Shown: positions 1 through 11,963 of the stretch, in pieces
Layout: every line of letters starts with the position of its first letter
Numbering within the stretch: the stretch's first letter is position 1
Origin: Marsupella aquatica
Lineage: Eukaryota > Plantae > Marchantiophyta
Length of the DNA stretch: 64,000 nucleotides
Assembly (NCBI GenBank): GCA_973895155.1
Contig: OZ316894.1
Coordinates: 16,298,699-16,362,698 of the forward strand
Direction of reading: 5' to 3'
Translations under genes and position numbers: made by a program
Notes under the pieces: model-generated
The model's database searches: none
What the model saw: the letters and a program-made list of their open reading frames with translations, nothing else
What the model was told of the DNA's origin: nothing

Positions 1-364
1 AACCAACTTGTCATGGCACATACATATTTTGTTGTAAAGGAGGATACATTCAATGACAAACTTATAGGGCAATTTGATTAATCGCATGCCTGATAATTTA
101 TACGCTTACAACTTAGAAGTCCTGTTTTAATTTAGCAGTCTGATGAAAGTGTTTATGAAAATGACCACTCAGCCTAAATACTTCCAAGAAGGCTTGTAAG
201 GATAAGTTTTTATAGGCATGTACCCAGCCACTGACGCCAGAGCACAAGATAAGTGCTGCCTATATAAACTCGCCTACCCAAGTCCTTTTCAAAATTGGAA
301 TCTCTGCAATCTCAAAAAATAGTACATCCACATCAGGTGCACTGTGCATGTACAATGTTCAGCT

Positions 365-1045
365 TCACAGCCAAGATATGTGATCTCTCACAGGAGTGCG
401 CGAGGTAGGATCAATGGCATGGCGATGACAATAAAATATCCATCGATCAACACCATGTGCAGAGTGATCATAGATTTCTCTATCACAAGCATAACCCTCT
501 GCTTGACGATCTTTCAGGCAATGATAGTGCCACATGGTGGGACACCTAGCACAGTGGACTATGTCAGTCCAGTACTCATGATCATGCTCACCACATGCCT
601 TGCACCTATGAAGTGGGCAAGTTGTGGCATGAGTAGGCAAACACTCAAAACAGAAAAATCTCACACAAAAACGGTCTGGACATTTCCTAACATTTGCTGC
701 AACATCAACAGAGCCCTCATAGGACCCCAACTTCCCACACTGTGCACACTTAGCCTGCTTCTCCAAACAATCAGTGCACATCCAGTCTCCCTGGTGTGTT
801 GACGGGAGGCCCACCCCTGGACAGTTGTTTTCTGCAGCAAGGTCAGACTCCGGGTTGAGGTGGAAATGTCTCATGCAAGGGCCCTCACAAATGACCAGGC
901 CCCCACCATCGTCACAAATGGCACAACAATGAGCTGCCTTCTGGAAAATCTGACTTGCAAAGAAGTTAGTAGCATCTGCCCCAAGTACACCTGTGTTTCT
1001 CACCTCTGTCACACGCTTTTTGGCTTGAATTTTAGGTCGTGCCAT
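365..1045 (-). CDS. Stand-alone EDM2-like composite PHD-finger protein (copy 1), transposon-borne
   Basis: 226 aa, intronless. Motifs CAICDDGG-x3-CEGPCMRHFH, CTDC, CAQC, CPLHRCKAC, CARCPTMWHYHC and IFYCHRHAIDPTSRTPVRDHISW follow the recalled EDM2 PHD region (CAICDNGG..CEGSCLRSFH..CPLHKC..CRRCPKSYHRKC..IYCQEHEID..TPVRDHVKF). Basic N-terminus (possible NLS). CAG acceptor at 1050-1048. Confidence 0.85.
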   Translation of the reverse strand: MARPKIQAKKRVTEVRNTGVLGADATNFFASQIFQKAAHCCAICDDGGGLVICEGPCMRHFHLNPESDLAAENNCPGVGLPSTHQGDWMCTDCLEKQAKCAQCGKLGSYEGSVDVAANVRKCPDRFCVRFFCFECLPTHATTCPLHRCKACGEHDHEYWTDIVHCARCPTMWHYHCLKDRQAEGYACDREIYDHSAHGVDRWIFYCHRHAIDPTSRTPVRDHISWL

Positions 1046-1058
1046 GCCTGCGCATGAG

Positions 1059-1200
1059 ATAGACTCTACAGTTTAGCAGACTGCACAGAAAGTAATATAT
1101 ATTTAGCATTTAAGGTACAAAGGCATTTAGATAGACTCTACAATTTAGCAGACTGCACAGAAAGTAAAATATATTTAGCATTTAAGGTACAAAGGCATTT
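1059..1200. repeat. ~72-bp tandem duplication in the intron upstream of the PHD ORF
   Basis: atagactctaca(g/a)tttagcagactgcacagaaagta...aaaggcattt occurs twice in succession; not duplicated in the 22180-22270 counterpart. Confidence 0.85.
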
Positions 1201-1774
1201 GCTACTGCAATGAATTGGAATGGCCACACAAGGATGCAGAGCAGACATACTTTTGGTATGTTGAGCCCACACACAAACCTGATCCCCTAATACAATTGCT
1301 CCACCAACACCTCAATTTTAATTGTGGCTATGATTCACCAAAGGAGATCTGCAACAACATTTCATGCATTTGAATCACATACAATAGTCGTGACATGTAA
1401 AACGCGCATTCTTCGAAGAGGATTGGTATGAAGCAGTGTCATAAGGGTTGAAATTTATACATCCTAAATAGGCTATGATAGTGGCTGAGACAAATAAGTG
1501 ATGCATAAATCACATTTTACAGGTTATCACATGGCCCATTAATTCATTGAACGTTGCAATGTTCACCAGGTTAAAGCAGTCATGAAAGCAGTCTTTCAAT
1601 AGAGACTTTTATGCGAGTTTGCTAGCCTCTTAAATTAGGATATTTTGCTTAGTGCAGGCATAATAGGATATAAGTTATGTACTGTTGACCCTAAACCCTG
1701 GACCCAAAATTGCTCATACATCAAAATTTTAAGTAAATATCCTCTGTGTTGAAGTCAGAGTGTTAAGCTATAGG

Positions 1775-2251
1775 TCAATGGTATCTGGTCTGTGCATGCG
1801 GTGTGACAAGTGGTCCTCTAGAGCATGTGATCCAAACATGTGTAGACACCAAAGTCACCGGTGGTGGGGTCTGGGAGGGCAGGACAAGTGACATCACCAG
1901 GCACACTGCAGGATGGCGAGTGGTTCCAGATGATACATTGTGCTCTGTGCAAAAATCGGCATCCAATTCTGGGCCAGAAGCCCTACAGGCAGGACAGTCA
2001 TATTGGCAACTGTGTACACACCCTTGGCACCTAAAATGTGGCGGGTCATGTACAAGAGACAGAAATACCAAGGATGTCGGGAAGGGTACTGAAGCAGGTA
2101 GAGGCCGGCTGTAGTTGTTCCTGGAAACAACAGGGTACTCAAAGTACCATGCAGACTGGGCTGGAAGGATCCCAAGTCTGACATACTCAAGGCGCAACAT
2201 CTCTGCCTTGCGTGCAAGTCGCACATGTTCAGCATTGCGGGTCCTCACCAT
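1775..2251 (-). pseudogene. Small Cys/His-rich ORF (copy 1), frameshifted relative to copy 2
   Basis: N-terminal ~97 aa nearly identical to ORF 22841-23290. A 16-bp indel between CATCCAA microhomologies (~1960) changes the C-terminal frame. Confidence 0.5.
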
Positions 2252-3264
2252 AAGTGTTGCTTTCGTTGTGATGTCCTCTGTTCACGTCCTTTGATGAGCA
2301 AGGTGAGCAGGAGGTCGACTTGCCTTGCCAACAGCAACCACCTAAACTAATCAGTTCCCACTCATTGTCTTGGTTCCAACTACAGGTCATAGTATACACA
2401 TAGCATGAAACGTGCATAGTACATATTTGATTCTGAGTTTATGAGTTTCCTAAGACAAAGAGCTTGGTGATAAACCCATATTCTCGACGGACATGTATAT
2501 CAATCGTATTAAAATCCTGTTTTTTCATCCAGAAAGACCGAAAGTCTCACCTTGCAGTTGCAGCAGAGAGAAAATTCACTGGTTGTCGTGTTGTGCAAGT
2601 GAACCTCCACTGATGCCCCCGGTGTAGCCCCTCAGATGCAGGTGACACTTACCAACTCCCAAGTTGCCTGGTCTAACAGAAAATGCTTATATCTTCATAA
2701 CTTTATAGAGCAAGTACATGATCACATACTTCTGGATCTATTCATATTTGGAACTCTTGCCAACTACAACTCCCATTATGCACAAGCTCACATCAACAGA
2801 GAAAGATACAGAATGCATACTTACTAGGCTCTAAGCACCTTCACTACCTTGTTGAACCCAGTCCTGAAGTCTTTTCAGCGTGTTTGTTGTGTTGTCTCCT
2901 TTGGCACCCAACACCTTAGTATACGTCCTTGATGTAACAGAATGCAATTTTACAAGTTAGATGCTTTGGAACCTTCTATGGTCTTAGCTGAATTGATGTC
3001 ATCGTAAGTGGTGAAAGACAAGGAAGACGAAAGCTGGTTGAAGAGCTATAGACAACACACTAGCATGAAGTGCTTCAACCAATCCACTGCCAAATGGAAC
3101 TCTTACACAGTCACATTCTTTCAGTAAACATAAACTCAGTCAAACTTCATAATCAAAGTACAGACTCTGAAGGACCAAAGGAGGATGTTGTGAGTTTCTT
3201 TGTTGTTTAATGTGTTACCCTTCTAGTTTCGAAGTTAGCAAATGCTGAATAATGTGTCTACCAG

Positions 3265-3606
3265 ATCTTCGAAAAGAAGCCCACCACAATTAAGAACTTC
3301 GGTATCTGGGTGAGGTATCAGAGTCGTACAGGTTATCCCAACATGTACAAGAAATATCATGATACCACATTGAACATCGCTGTAGAGCAGATGTATGATG
3401 AGATGGCTTCTTGTCATAGAGTTTGGTTCCCTTGCATCCAGATCATCAAGACTACGACAGTCCCTGTCTCTCTGTGCAAGCAAGAAAGTACCAAGCAGTT
3501 CCATGATTCAAAGATCAAGTTCCCCTTGACGTACCGCAAGATTCAACCTCCATCGCGAAAGCTAAAGACGACTTACAAGGCCACCAAGCCCAACACATTT
3601 GTTTGA
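3265..3606 (+). pseudogene. RPL18A: Captured 3' exon of 60S ribosomal protein L18a (eL20)
   Basis: After a CAG acceptor (3262-3264) the frame reads [63 protein letters not shown]...KIKFPL...[13 protein letters not shown], the C-terminal two-thirds of L18a. No N-terminal exons nearby; conserved residues altered (H>P, E>K, R>C, R>W). Confidence 0.85.
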
Positions 3607-5320
3607 GTAGTGCGGGTGCAGGTTCCCAATTTTGAAACAATTTGGCTCATTTTATGTCCCAAGGGACTCCAGGAGTTTATGTATTGAGTTTCTAGGTCAG
3701 GATGCTTAATATAAGGAAATTCAATTTTCACTTCGTTCCCAGCTTCTACTAATTGAATATACACGAGATGGAAGCAAGAAGATAAGCCACAATCTAGCAT
3801 CTTAGCCAAACACATTCGTCCCGACAAAGCAAAACTACAATCACACAGTGCGAGTTGTGTCTGCACCCCCAGTGAGACTGATCAGCATTTGGATTGCATC
3901 ATTGTCTAGAGCTAGCAGTGGAAGGAATCAACATAGCTAGCAGTGGAAGGTGCAGTGGAGATAGCATGGGGACAGGGAAGGAAATGCAGGTTCCTTAAGC
4001 ATAAATTTCCAAAAATGGAACAACAGGAAATGAAGAATAGGCACTGAAGCGGTCAACTAGACAAACGTTGTAACAAGGCAGCAAGCATTGGATTAAGAAG
4101 AAGCAAGGTTTCATCAGCAGAAGCAAGGTTTCATCAACAATGGCATTGTGAGACAAACCACTCCTTACAAATTTCTATAGACATCCTCCCCACTTGCAGC
4201 TTCTCGGCCAGGCTGGATTTCTTGTAAGACAGGTTTCTTGTAAGAAAGATTTCTTGTATGGTGAGGAAAGATCAAAAAGCAACTGATCAATGCCTTCTTG
4301 TCATCTAGAAGAGCTGGATGCAGCCCTGTCTCACATTTAATGTTAAACTGAATGAAAGACATTATGCGCATGCACAAAAGAAAGACATGAATATAATTAA
4401 GGTAGGTTTTAAGGAGCGGAGTCAGCAGTCAGACTTAGAAAGTTCAAATTGAAGCGCCATTAGTTTGGCGTGGTCAAGAGTAAATAAATGTTGGTCAGGG
4501 ATACTCACCTCTTTTGAATGTATTATTGACTCAGCTAAGCCCAGCTAGACAGAAGTCACTCAGACCCACAAAAAAGTGAAGATCCACCTCCAAGCCGGAG
4601 CTCTATCACTTCAGTAGAGCAGCTTCTGGACGGAACCAACTCTAATCAGCCCCACAGAACACAAATGTTAAGGCTCCAAGTCAGAGCTCACTTCAGCCGA
4701 GGTGGACATCGCAGCTAGACCATTCAATATAGGCAGTATGGAGCCTGAGACTACGCTCATTGTTCAGAATTGAGGTGATGAAAGTGAGTTGGCATCAGTG
4801 GATACAATGAGAGGGGAAAAAATTCTGACCAAATCGCACCTCTATAATCAGAGAGGTTCTATTTCCAAGGAACTCATTCATTGACCAGAGTAATATGGCC
4901 CACATTTAATTAGACTATGATAGACTCTTCCTCTGCAGACTCAAACTCGAGGAACCCCCACGGATGCCAACATATACACGAGCTAGAAGCAAGAAGACAA
5001 GTCGCAATCTAGCATCTTGGCCAAACACATTCTTCCTGGCGATAGTAACTGCAAGCAAGGGGGAGACAGGGAGAACAAGGAGAATAGGGAGGCAACTCAC
5101 AATGGAGCTAGGTAGCTCATGATCAAGCAACTTGCAATTGCAGCAACAGTAGTCTTAGTAGCAAGCGATTGAGCTCCAGGAAATGACAAACCCGCAGCTG
5201 AGTCCTCAACTGACAAAATGTTCGCCACTTGACCCTCCTTCCAACTGCAACCGCCAGATAGTAGGAATAAGATAGAGAGGTTGCAGCCTTCTCAGTGATC
5301 CAATAGCACCTCTCTTACCA

Positions 5321-5690
5321 CCTCCGCTCTTAGCACATCCGCTCGCACCTCTGCTCGCACCTCCGCTCGCACCTCCGCTCGCACCTTCGCTCTCAGCACC
5401 TCCTTTGGCACCTGAGCCGCTCTCAGCACCTCCGCTCGCACCTCCGCTCTCAGCACCTCCTTTGGCACCTGAGCCGCTCTCAGCACCTCCGCTCGCACCT
5501 CCGCTCGCACCTCCGCTCGCACCTCCGCTTGCACCACCTCCTTTGGCACCTGAGCCGCTCTCAGCACCTCTGCTCGCACCGCCACCCAAACTGAAGCTAT
5601 GTAGCAATCCTCAACAGTGTGTGACAGAAGCACTCCACTCCAGCTCCACTCCGCTCGAGCTCCACTCCAGCTGCTCTCCGCTCGTAGCTC
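5321..5690. repeat. GC-rich minisatellite (12-bp CTCCGCTCGCAC units with interspersed CCTCCTTTGGCACCTGAGCCGCTCTCAGCA variants)
   Basis: Direct reading; explains the low-complexity ORFs predicted in several frames. Confidence 0.9.
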
Positions 5691-6799
5691 CTCGACCAGA
5701 CCGGCGGCCAGAGCAGCTCCCAAATTGCAGCTCCTGCCCGCCCACAGCTCCTCCCAGTCCTAGAGCTCGTCGTCCACTACAGCTCACCTCTCCACTCCGC
5801 AAGCCGGTCGCCCTCTCAGCTTGAATGCTCTAGAGCTTTGAAGGTAAACCTTCAAGCTTCAAGCGCAAAACTCCCCTACGCGAAGGAACTGCCCCGATCG
5901 CGAAGCACACTCCCCACTTTGTGAGACCGCGCACAATGTGATGACCTTCAGGCACGACGAATGTCCCCGTAATGGACAAGTGAGTTTTTCTGAAACAAAA
6001 CCCTCCGAGTTCCCACCCACATTGAACTGAACTTTGCACTCTGCTGGCGTGTTTAAACCCTAAACAAAACCCGCGCACCCTAAACTCGTGTCCAAAGGCA
6101 CACTCACGCACAAAGCATACCTTAACACTTAGTGACACTTAGTGAACCAAACCCCCTCGACCACTTTGCGTTGACATGAGCCGTTGATACACATGTTAGT
6201 ACCCTAAAGCAAATTGGACACGACACTTTGTGAGCAAAGATTAAATGAACGCAACTGTAACCTCTTAGAACGCAACTGTAAATTAACCCTTACACATGCC
6301 ACTTAGGGAGGGTGGACAAAGAATGGGGGCCAGACACTACTTTAGCCCTGAATTGAAAATGATATCACCCCAATATTCTTGTCAAAGTTGCCCATGAACT
6401 CTAAGGAATCCATTGAGCAGCATAAGACTTACTATTATAGAGGCAAGTACTCCCATGCACGTTTAATTAGGCTAGCTAGGATAACTAGCTACAATGCTCT
6501 TGACATGAAGACATTTAACTAGTTCTGCAACCCTAAACCCCCATTCCTTCTATGTGCACCTAGTGCTCCCGACTCCGCAAGTTGCAAGTCAAGGGTTGTA
6601 AATGGAACATTCCGTGATGTCTAGAGTGCATGTAATCCTTCTTGCACTCTATTTCAGAATGCCGTAATGGAGAGTAGCTTATTCAACTTACATATGACTG
6701 CCCTACTAGTGTTACAATTGCTACTTTATCAGAAGTTGTAGGAATGACTTTCACAAATATCCCCCAAAAATCAGTTGATAAAATGTAACAACAATGACT

Positions 6800-7950
6800 C
6801 CCCTAAACTTGGAGTCATGTATTTTTGAAAGTCTCCCTAAAGTCACAAAGCATAGGGTCTCAAAAGGGGATGTTTTCTTCTAGTGATTAGTTTACCAAGC
6901 CCACAAAGATCTTTCTAGACATTGTGCGCAGTCCCAACTAGTAAACTGCCAGCAACAGGATTCAATACTCTGGCGATGCGCAACTTGGTATGAATGCTAC
7001 TAGTCTTTTTTTGCCAATGGCGGTACTAAAACTCATGAGAATGGACTTTTACCCTAGAAAGCTTGAAATGAATTCCCCTCTAGACTTCCACAAATTCTTA
7101 CCAATCATACATGGTCAAAGATATTTTGGACAGCTCTAGAGTTTCATAAGGAAAGAGTTTCATATATTGGATCTCAAGCCAATGCTATCTATGATCCAAG
7201 ATATAAATTACATGTATTTATGTAGTTTTATTTTCATATCCAAATTCCTCATGGAATCTAATATAGAAGGAAGTTAGTCTCCTTTTCTTCACCTAAGGAG
7301 CGACATTCAAAATATGTCTTGAATGTCTCCATAATCAGTGTCAAAGGGACAATCTCTTCGGCTAAGATATGCAAGAACTAACTTACCTAACTAGTGTATC
7401 ACCATTCCTTATATAATGCCTCAAGCAAGCTAGGATGGTCAAGAGGGAATGAAAACCAAAAACTAACTAAAATAAATATTAAGTATATCCTTGGAAAGAT
7501 GAAAAGACATACCTCTTCATACTCCAAAGAAAACTAATATGTAAAACAAAGTAGAACTAATTAAAACTTGATATAATTAAATGCAAATATAACAATTGAC
7601 TAACATAGACCTGATAAAAAACCAAGTAAATCAAGTCCAAAAAAGTATTTAACTGTGCCAGCAAGTAGATTATACTCCAAAGATCATGCTTGCAAATTTC
7701 CAGCTGAACTAAAGTTTTGGAAGGTTTTCAAATAAATAGAAGCTTTAATGATATCCTTTTGTAAGTCACCAAATGACTTAAATGCAATCAAAAAGCTCCA
7801 AAAAGTTTTGAAAGTTCCTCATTTCACCATTTCTTCCTTTTTTAAGGATTCTTACATATGTGGCATACCACATAGCCCTCCACTCAAACAGCAAAGTGCC
7901 CCCACAAGCTTGAAAACCAATGAAGTGCTAAAGTTGTTCTTTATATTAAT
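6800..7950 (-). mobile_element. Possible highly degenerate DNA-transposase remnant (hAT-like)
   Basis: Only weak, stop-riddled peptide fragments on the minus strand (e.g. KLRIARVLNPVAGS, LITRRKHPL, VCHICK). No TIR identified. Confidence 0.25.
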
Positions 7951-8631
7951 AAGTGTAGAAACTTCAATGGAGTGTCTTTGAAAGTTTTTGTTGTTTTGTA
8001 TTTGTTGCCTTCCTTAACTTCTGTCTTTGCTCTACTAACTTGTCGTCTTTCTTTGTGGAGACAAAAGGTCCATCAGCTCCAACATTAATTCTTGTAGAGG
8101 GTAACGAAGGAGATTGATTAGGAGATGTTTCATTCATCTATTCCTCTGAGAAATGTAGATGTTTCACCAACTTGGGTTAATTTTGATGATGAATTCTCTC
8201 ATCCTAGCACATGCAAATTCTCATCCCATTCCGGTGAGAATAAACTTCCTGGAGTCACTTCATTGTTGCTTCTCAAACTTGTTTATGTACATTCATTTGG
8301 TCAATTTCAATTAGAGTAGTCATCAGACAGGTAAGTGTGTTAATCTTGTTATTCTGCTCTCTTCTTTGGCATTGTTTCTGTTGCTGCTTCAACCTTAGCT
8401 TGTTGCTCATCCCTTTGTCCATTTTGCACTCCTTCAGTGAACTCAATAGGGGAAAGAAAGACATCCTTCTCTGCAGTAGAAAGACAAGTCTCGTTTCAAT
8501 AGATATAAGTATGTAAACAACCAGAGGAGAATGCCATTTTGTCTTGTTGTTCAGCCTAGAGATCTGATTTGTCCCCCAACTCTGAGCCACCCTGTGAAAA
8601 CTTCTGGACCAGTTGATCTTCTTATGCTGTT

Positions 8632-9418
8632 CCAAAATTTGGGGACCAAAATAGGTCTGGGGATGGCAGGCCTCCAGAAGCATATATGAGGGGAGTGGTG
8701 TCTCCCTGGGGGCTACGGGCGAGCTGAAATCATGAGCCACGGTGGTCGCGACACTAAGGGAAAATGCCAAACTGAAACGACAATAACTTTCCAACAGAAA
8801 ATCCATTGGAGGACTTCTTGGGTGAGTTGGAAAGCTCTCAAGGAGGACTACATCTTTCTGAGCTCAGTTGGGTCTAGGGATGCCATAAGTTCTTTGGGTT
8901 TGCGGGGGTAATCTTGCCCGCTTGCCAAATCCTGTCGAAACAGCAGCCAAGCTGCATTCAGTCTCCCAAGGAAGCTTGCATTGGGGAGGCTTGCCAAGTA
9001 GGCACGGAGGTTGAGCTCCAAGGGCACTTGGTCCCTAGGCCGTCAATGGGGTGAGAACCGGGAGTTGGTTGCTAGAGTTGGGCCATTTGGGTCCCCACGT
9101 GTTGGGACAAGCTTTAGGACAAGCTACGCTATTTGGGCCAAGATCAAGCATGTCCTGGGGACAAGGCCCAGTCAATTGATGATGCACAGGTACGAGGGGA
9201 AATTTGGGCTGCACCCAAGGAAGAAGTTGTTATGGACGAATAGTGGGTGCCGACTCTGGTTCCGGCTTATGGCATCGAGAGGACCTATTGCTGACCTACT
9301 TAATTACCAATGTCTGTTGAGCTTGAGTTAAGATGTTAGACTTGGGGAGATCTAGGTCCTATTGGGTTACTTACCAAGGTACTTGGTTGCTTGTGCAGAC
9401 AGTGAGGATTGTTGAGCG
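8632..9418 (+). repeat. Dispersed repeat arm A (~790 bp); inverted copy at 10879-11135 + 27362-27871
   Basis: Reverse complement matches: 9340-9418 vs 10879-10960; 9130-9330 vs 10965-11135 and 27362-27390; 8632-9120 vs 27390-27871. Confidence 0.8.
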
Positions 9419-10878
9419 ACAATTGTGATAGGGAGCAAGTGCAGCTTTGTATGGGAGGGGCCGCGAATGGTGCGAGGGGCATTGAGTTGCTTGCTTGAGG
9501 AGTTCTGTGGAGGCATTCGGGCACCAGGGGCACTTAGGTATGGGTTCTAGGATAGGTGAGGGCGCTGGGTGGCAAGGTCCACCACTTCTAGTTAGTTTGG
9601 CCTTACTGGGGTTAGTTGACCCTTGGTTAGGTTAGGATAAGATCCACTTATTTAGGCTCATACCTCTTAGTCCCTCTTGGGGGGTATAGGTTGGAGAGAG
9701 AGTATTCTCTCCCTCATCCTTCACATGTACTCTCCTATGCTATGGATCCTTTAGGAGTTTCTCCACTCGGAGTGTCTTGTCAATGTAGCATTTGATTGAG
9801 TGTCTCTCTCATGTTTTGCATTTGCTGTCTAGTTTGAAGCCGAAGATTTTGTACACATTACTCACTCGTATTTTTCTCCTTGTCCCCCGTTCTTTGCCCA
9901 TCCTTCCCTTACTTCCAACCAAGTACAATGAACGATGGGCAAATCAATGAACAATGGTCCCCTCAATCCAAGGGGTGTCCCATATCACGCACAAAGTTGG
10001 GATTTTTGAGAAACATCCTAAAAGTTAAGTCAATAAAGTTTTTTTGAGGAATTGTTTTACCCTAATTTAATAGAATATTTTTGGAATATTCCCAATTTTG
10101 GTTTTTAAAAACCCTATGATCCTTCTAATTCTCAAAATTGGCTTAAAACAACCCTAATATTCTTCAACAATTTTTTTAAGTATTTCACCCAATAAAAAAA
10201 CCCTATATTTATGCGTGATGGGTTGGAAGAAAAGAAGTAAGGACCTTGGGCCAAGTACAATTTAAGCATTAGGGATGAGGTGTGGTTTAAAGCGTTTCAT
10301 TAGTGATGCAACTCTTTATCTCGATCAATGTTTAAGAATAGATCAAACTTTGGCTTTTTTTGCAGCTATTGTTCCAATCCTATTGTTTGGGGCTACTAGA
10401 ACATGCAACATTGAATGAGATGAATTGTTTTATATCCTCAACTTCAAACTTCATCTAAATTCATGATAGAGTCAGGACCTTGACATTCATTCTGTGGATC
10501 AACTTGGTTTGATCCATTCTTTCATTCAATTCATTGATATGCTGATAGGTGTTGTTGGAGCAAATCTCAATCCCACAGATTCTAGAGCCATGGGACACAA
10601 CCGAACCATTGACTAGTCTATTTGTGAAGGTTTATGGAGCAAAGCGGAATTGCAAAGGATTGAATCATGTAGTCTCCACCCAGTAGTCTATCAACTACAC
10701 TGTCATTCAGGTAGTCTCCACTCAGTCTCTAGCTACTTGTCGGGCAGACTTTTCATCCATAGAAATTCACAAAAATTGACATTAATGCTATCAAAATACC
10801 TTTAAATTAGAATATTATGTGGGCAAGCTCTTCTATTCGGCTCAAATCATTTCTTGGGATCCAAAGACTGGTGAGCCA

Positions 10879-11135
10879 CGCTCAATGGTCCTCACAGTCT
10901 GCACAAGCATCCAAGCACTCCGGTAAGTAACCCCAAAAGGATCTAGATCTCTCCAAGTCTAGCATCCTAACTCAAGCTCAACAGACATTGGTAAGTAGGT
11001 TGGTAATAGGTCCTCGCTTGCCATAAGCCGGAACCAAAGCCGACACCCACTGTTTGTACAGAAACAACCTCTCTTTGGGTGCAGTCTGGGATCCCCCTTG
11101 TACCTATCCATCACCAAATGAACGCCTTGCCCCCA
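10879..11135 (-). repeat. Inverted repeat arm B, left part (interrupted by CACTA insertion)
   Basis: Reverse-complement similarity to 9155-9418; continues after the CACTA right TSD. Confidence 0.75.
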
Positions 11136-11159
11136 CACTAGTAGAAACCGGGGGGTATT

Positions 11160-11470
11160 TAGACCCCATTAAACGACTATTCAGTACCGTATAGGACTTG
11201 GAAACGACTGGGAAGGACTCCAGTCCTTTATAGGACTGCGAGTCGTATGTTTTGTTACTATAATCAACTGAGTCCTTTATAGAACTGGTTTATAAGTCGT
11301 TTAATAGACTGGATTTTCAGTCTGTTTTAGTCTTTGTGTGGGTAGCTTTGGTGAGTCGTTTTCAGTCTTTTATGGGCTGAGATGGTGAGTCGTTGGGAAC
11401 GACTAAAAAGGTTATGGAGGGTAGTCTTTAAATATACTTTGTGGGGTATGTATAAGTCTTTCATGTCAAC
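11160..11470. repeat. CACTA subterminal repeat region (AGTC/GACT-core motifs)
   Basis: Dense AAACGACT, GAGTCGT, AGTCTTT and GGACT motifs in both orientations; similar TAGTCTTT motifs at 27200-27330. Typical of TnpA-binding subterminal arrays. Confidence 0.6.
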
Positions 11471-11963
11471 TGGATATGAGTGATGAAGACCCCACTATAC
11501 TACTTGGAATGAACCCACTCTTGTGCACAAATAACATATTGCATTCATGTTTTATTTTGTACTTGGAATGAACTCACTCTATAAGTTCACCATTCATCAT
11601 GTTAACATTAGAATACATAGTTTCAGAAAGCCATCTTCTATACCATGTACACTAATATGAATTCACAGATTCAAACTTCATAGACTACAAAGAAGGTCAC
11701 AAAGTATTCCTCTATACCATACACACTAATACTGAAATGATACAAAACAGATTCAAGTATCATAGACAATCACCATAGAGCCATAGTTTGACATCAATCA
11801 CTTGTTTCATACATGTGAATTGTGTCACATTTTGACATTGCCTTGGAAAGATCCAAGAAATATCTGTACCAATTTTTCCATTTGGTAAAGAGGATGAAGG
11901 AGCCGTTGTGTGTGACATTGATATTTCTGAATTCTGTATGATTCTATCTACACTTGCATTCAG

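Larger units (their letters stand above)
1..6300 (-). mobile_element. Partial second copy of the CACTA family element (accessory-gene and cargo region); runs off the left edge of the window, right boundary uncertain
   Basis: Bases 1-~2570 align collinearly with ~21120-23550 inside the complete CACTA (same PHD ORF, same spacer, same small Cys/His ORF). The ~5830-6200 region resembles 26000-26720 (AAACCCTAA-type motifs, C-rich). No full matching TIR found. Confidence 0.7.

Noticed and set aside
344-802. Plus-strand ORFs overlapping the PHD, BRCT, transposase, CCT2, murA and pol genes (and their opposite-strand equivalents)
   Set aside because: Antisense shadows of real coding sequence with no recognisable motifs.
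5321-5590. CRISPR-like array
   Set aside because: No unique spacers, no cas genes, eukaryotic context.
5206-5824. Gly/Ala-, Pro/Leu- and RAEV-repeat ORFs
   Set aside because: By-products of the minisatellite, open in several frames; no evidence for a real protein.
6703-6711. CTACTAGTG as right TIR of the partial CACTA copy
   Set aside because: Only 9 bp match the 18-bp TIR and no subterminal repeat array precedes it; may be chance.
8273-8806. 177-aa ORF sharing a peptide with 27679-27939
   Set aside because: Similarity is explained by the inverted repeat; no domain recognised.
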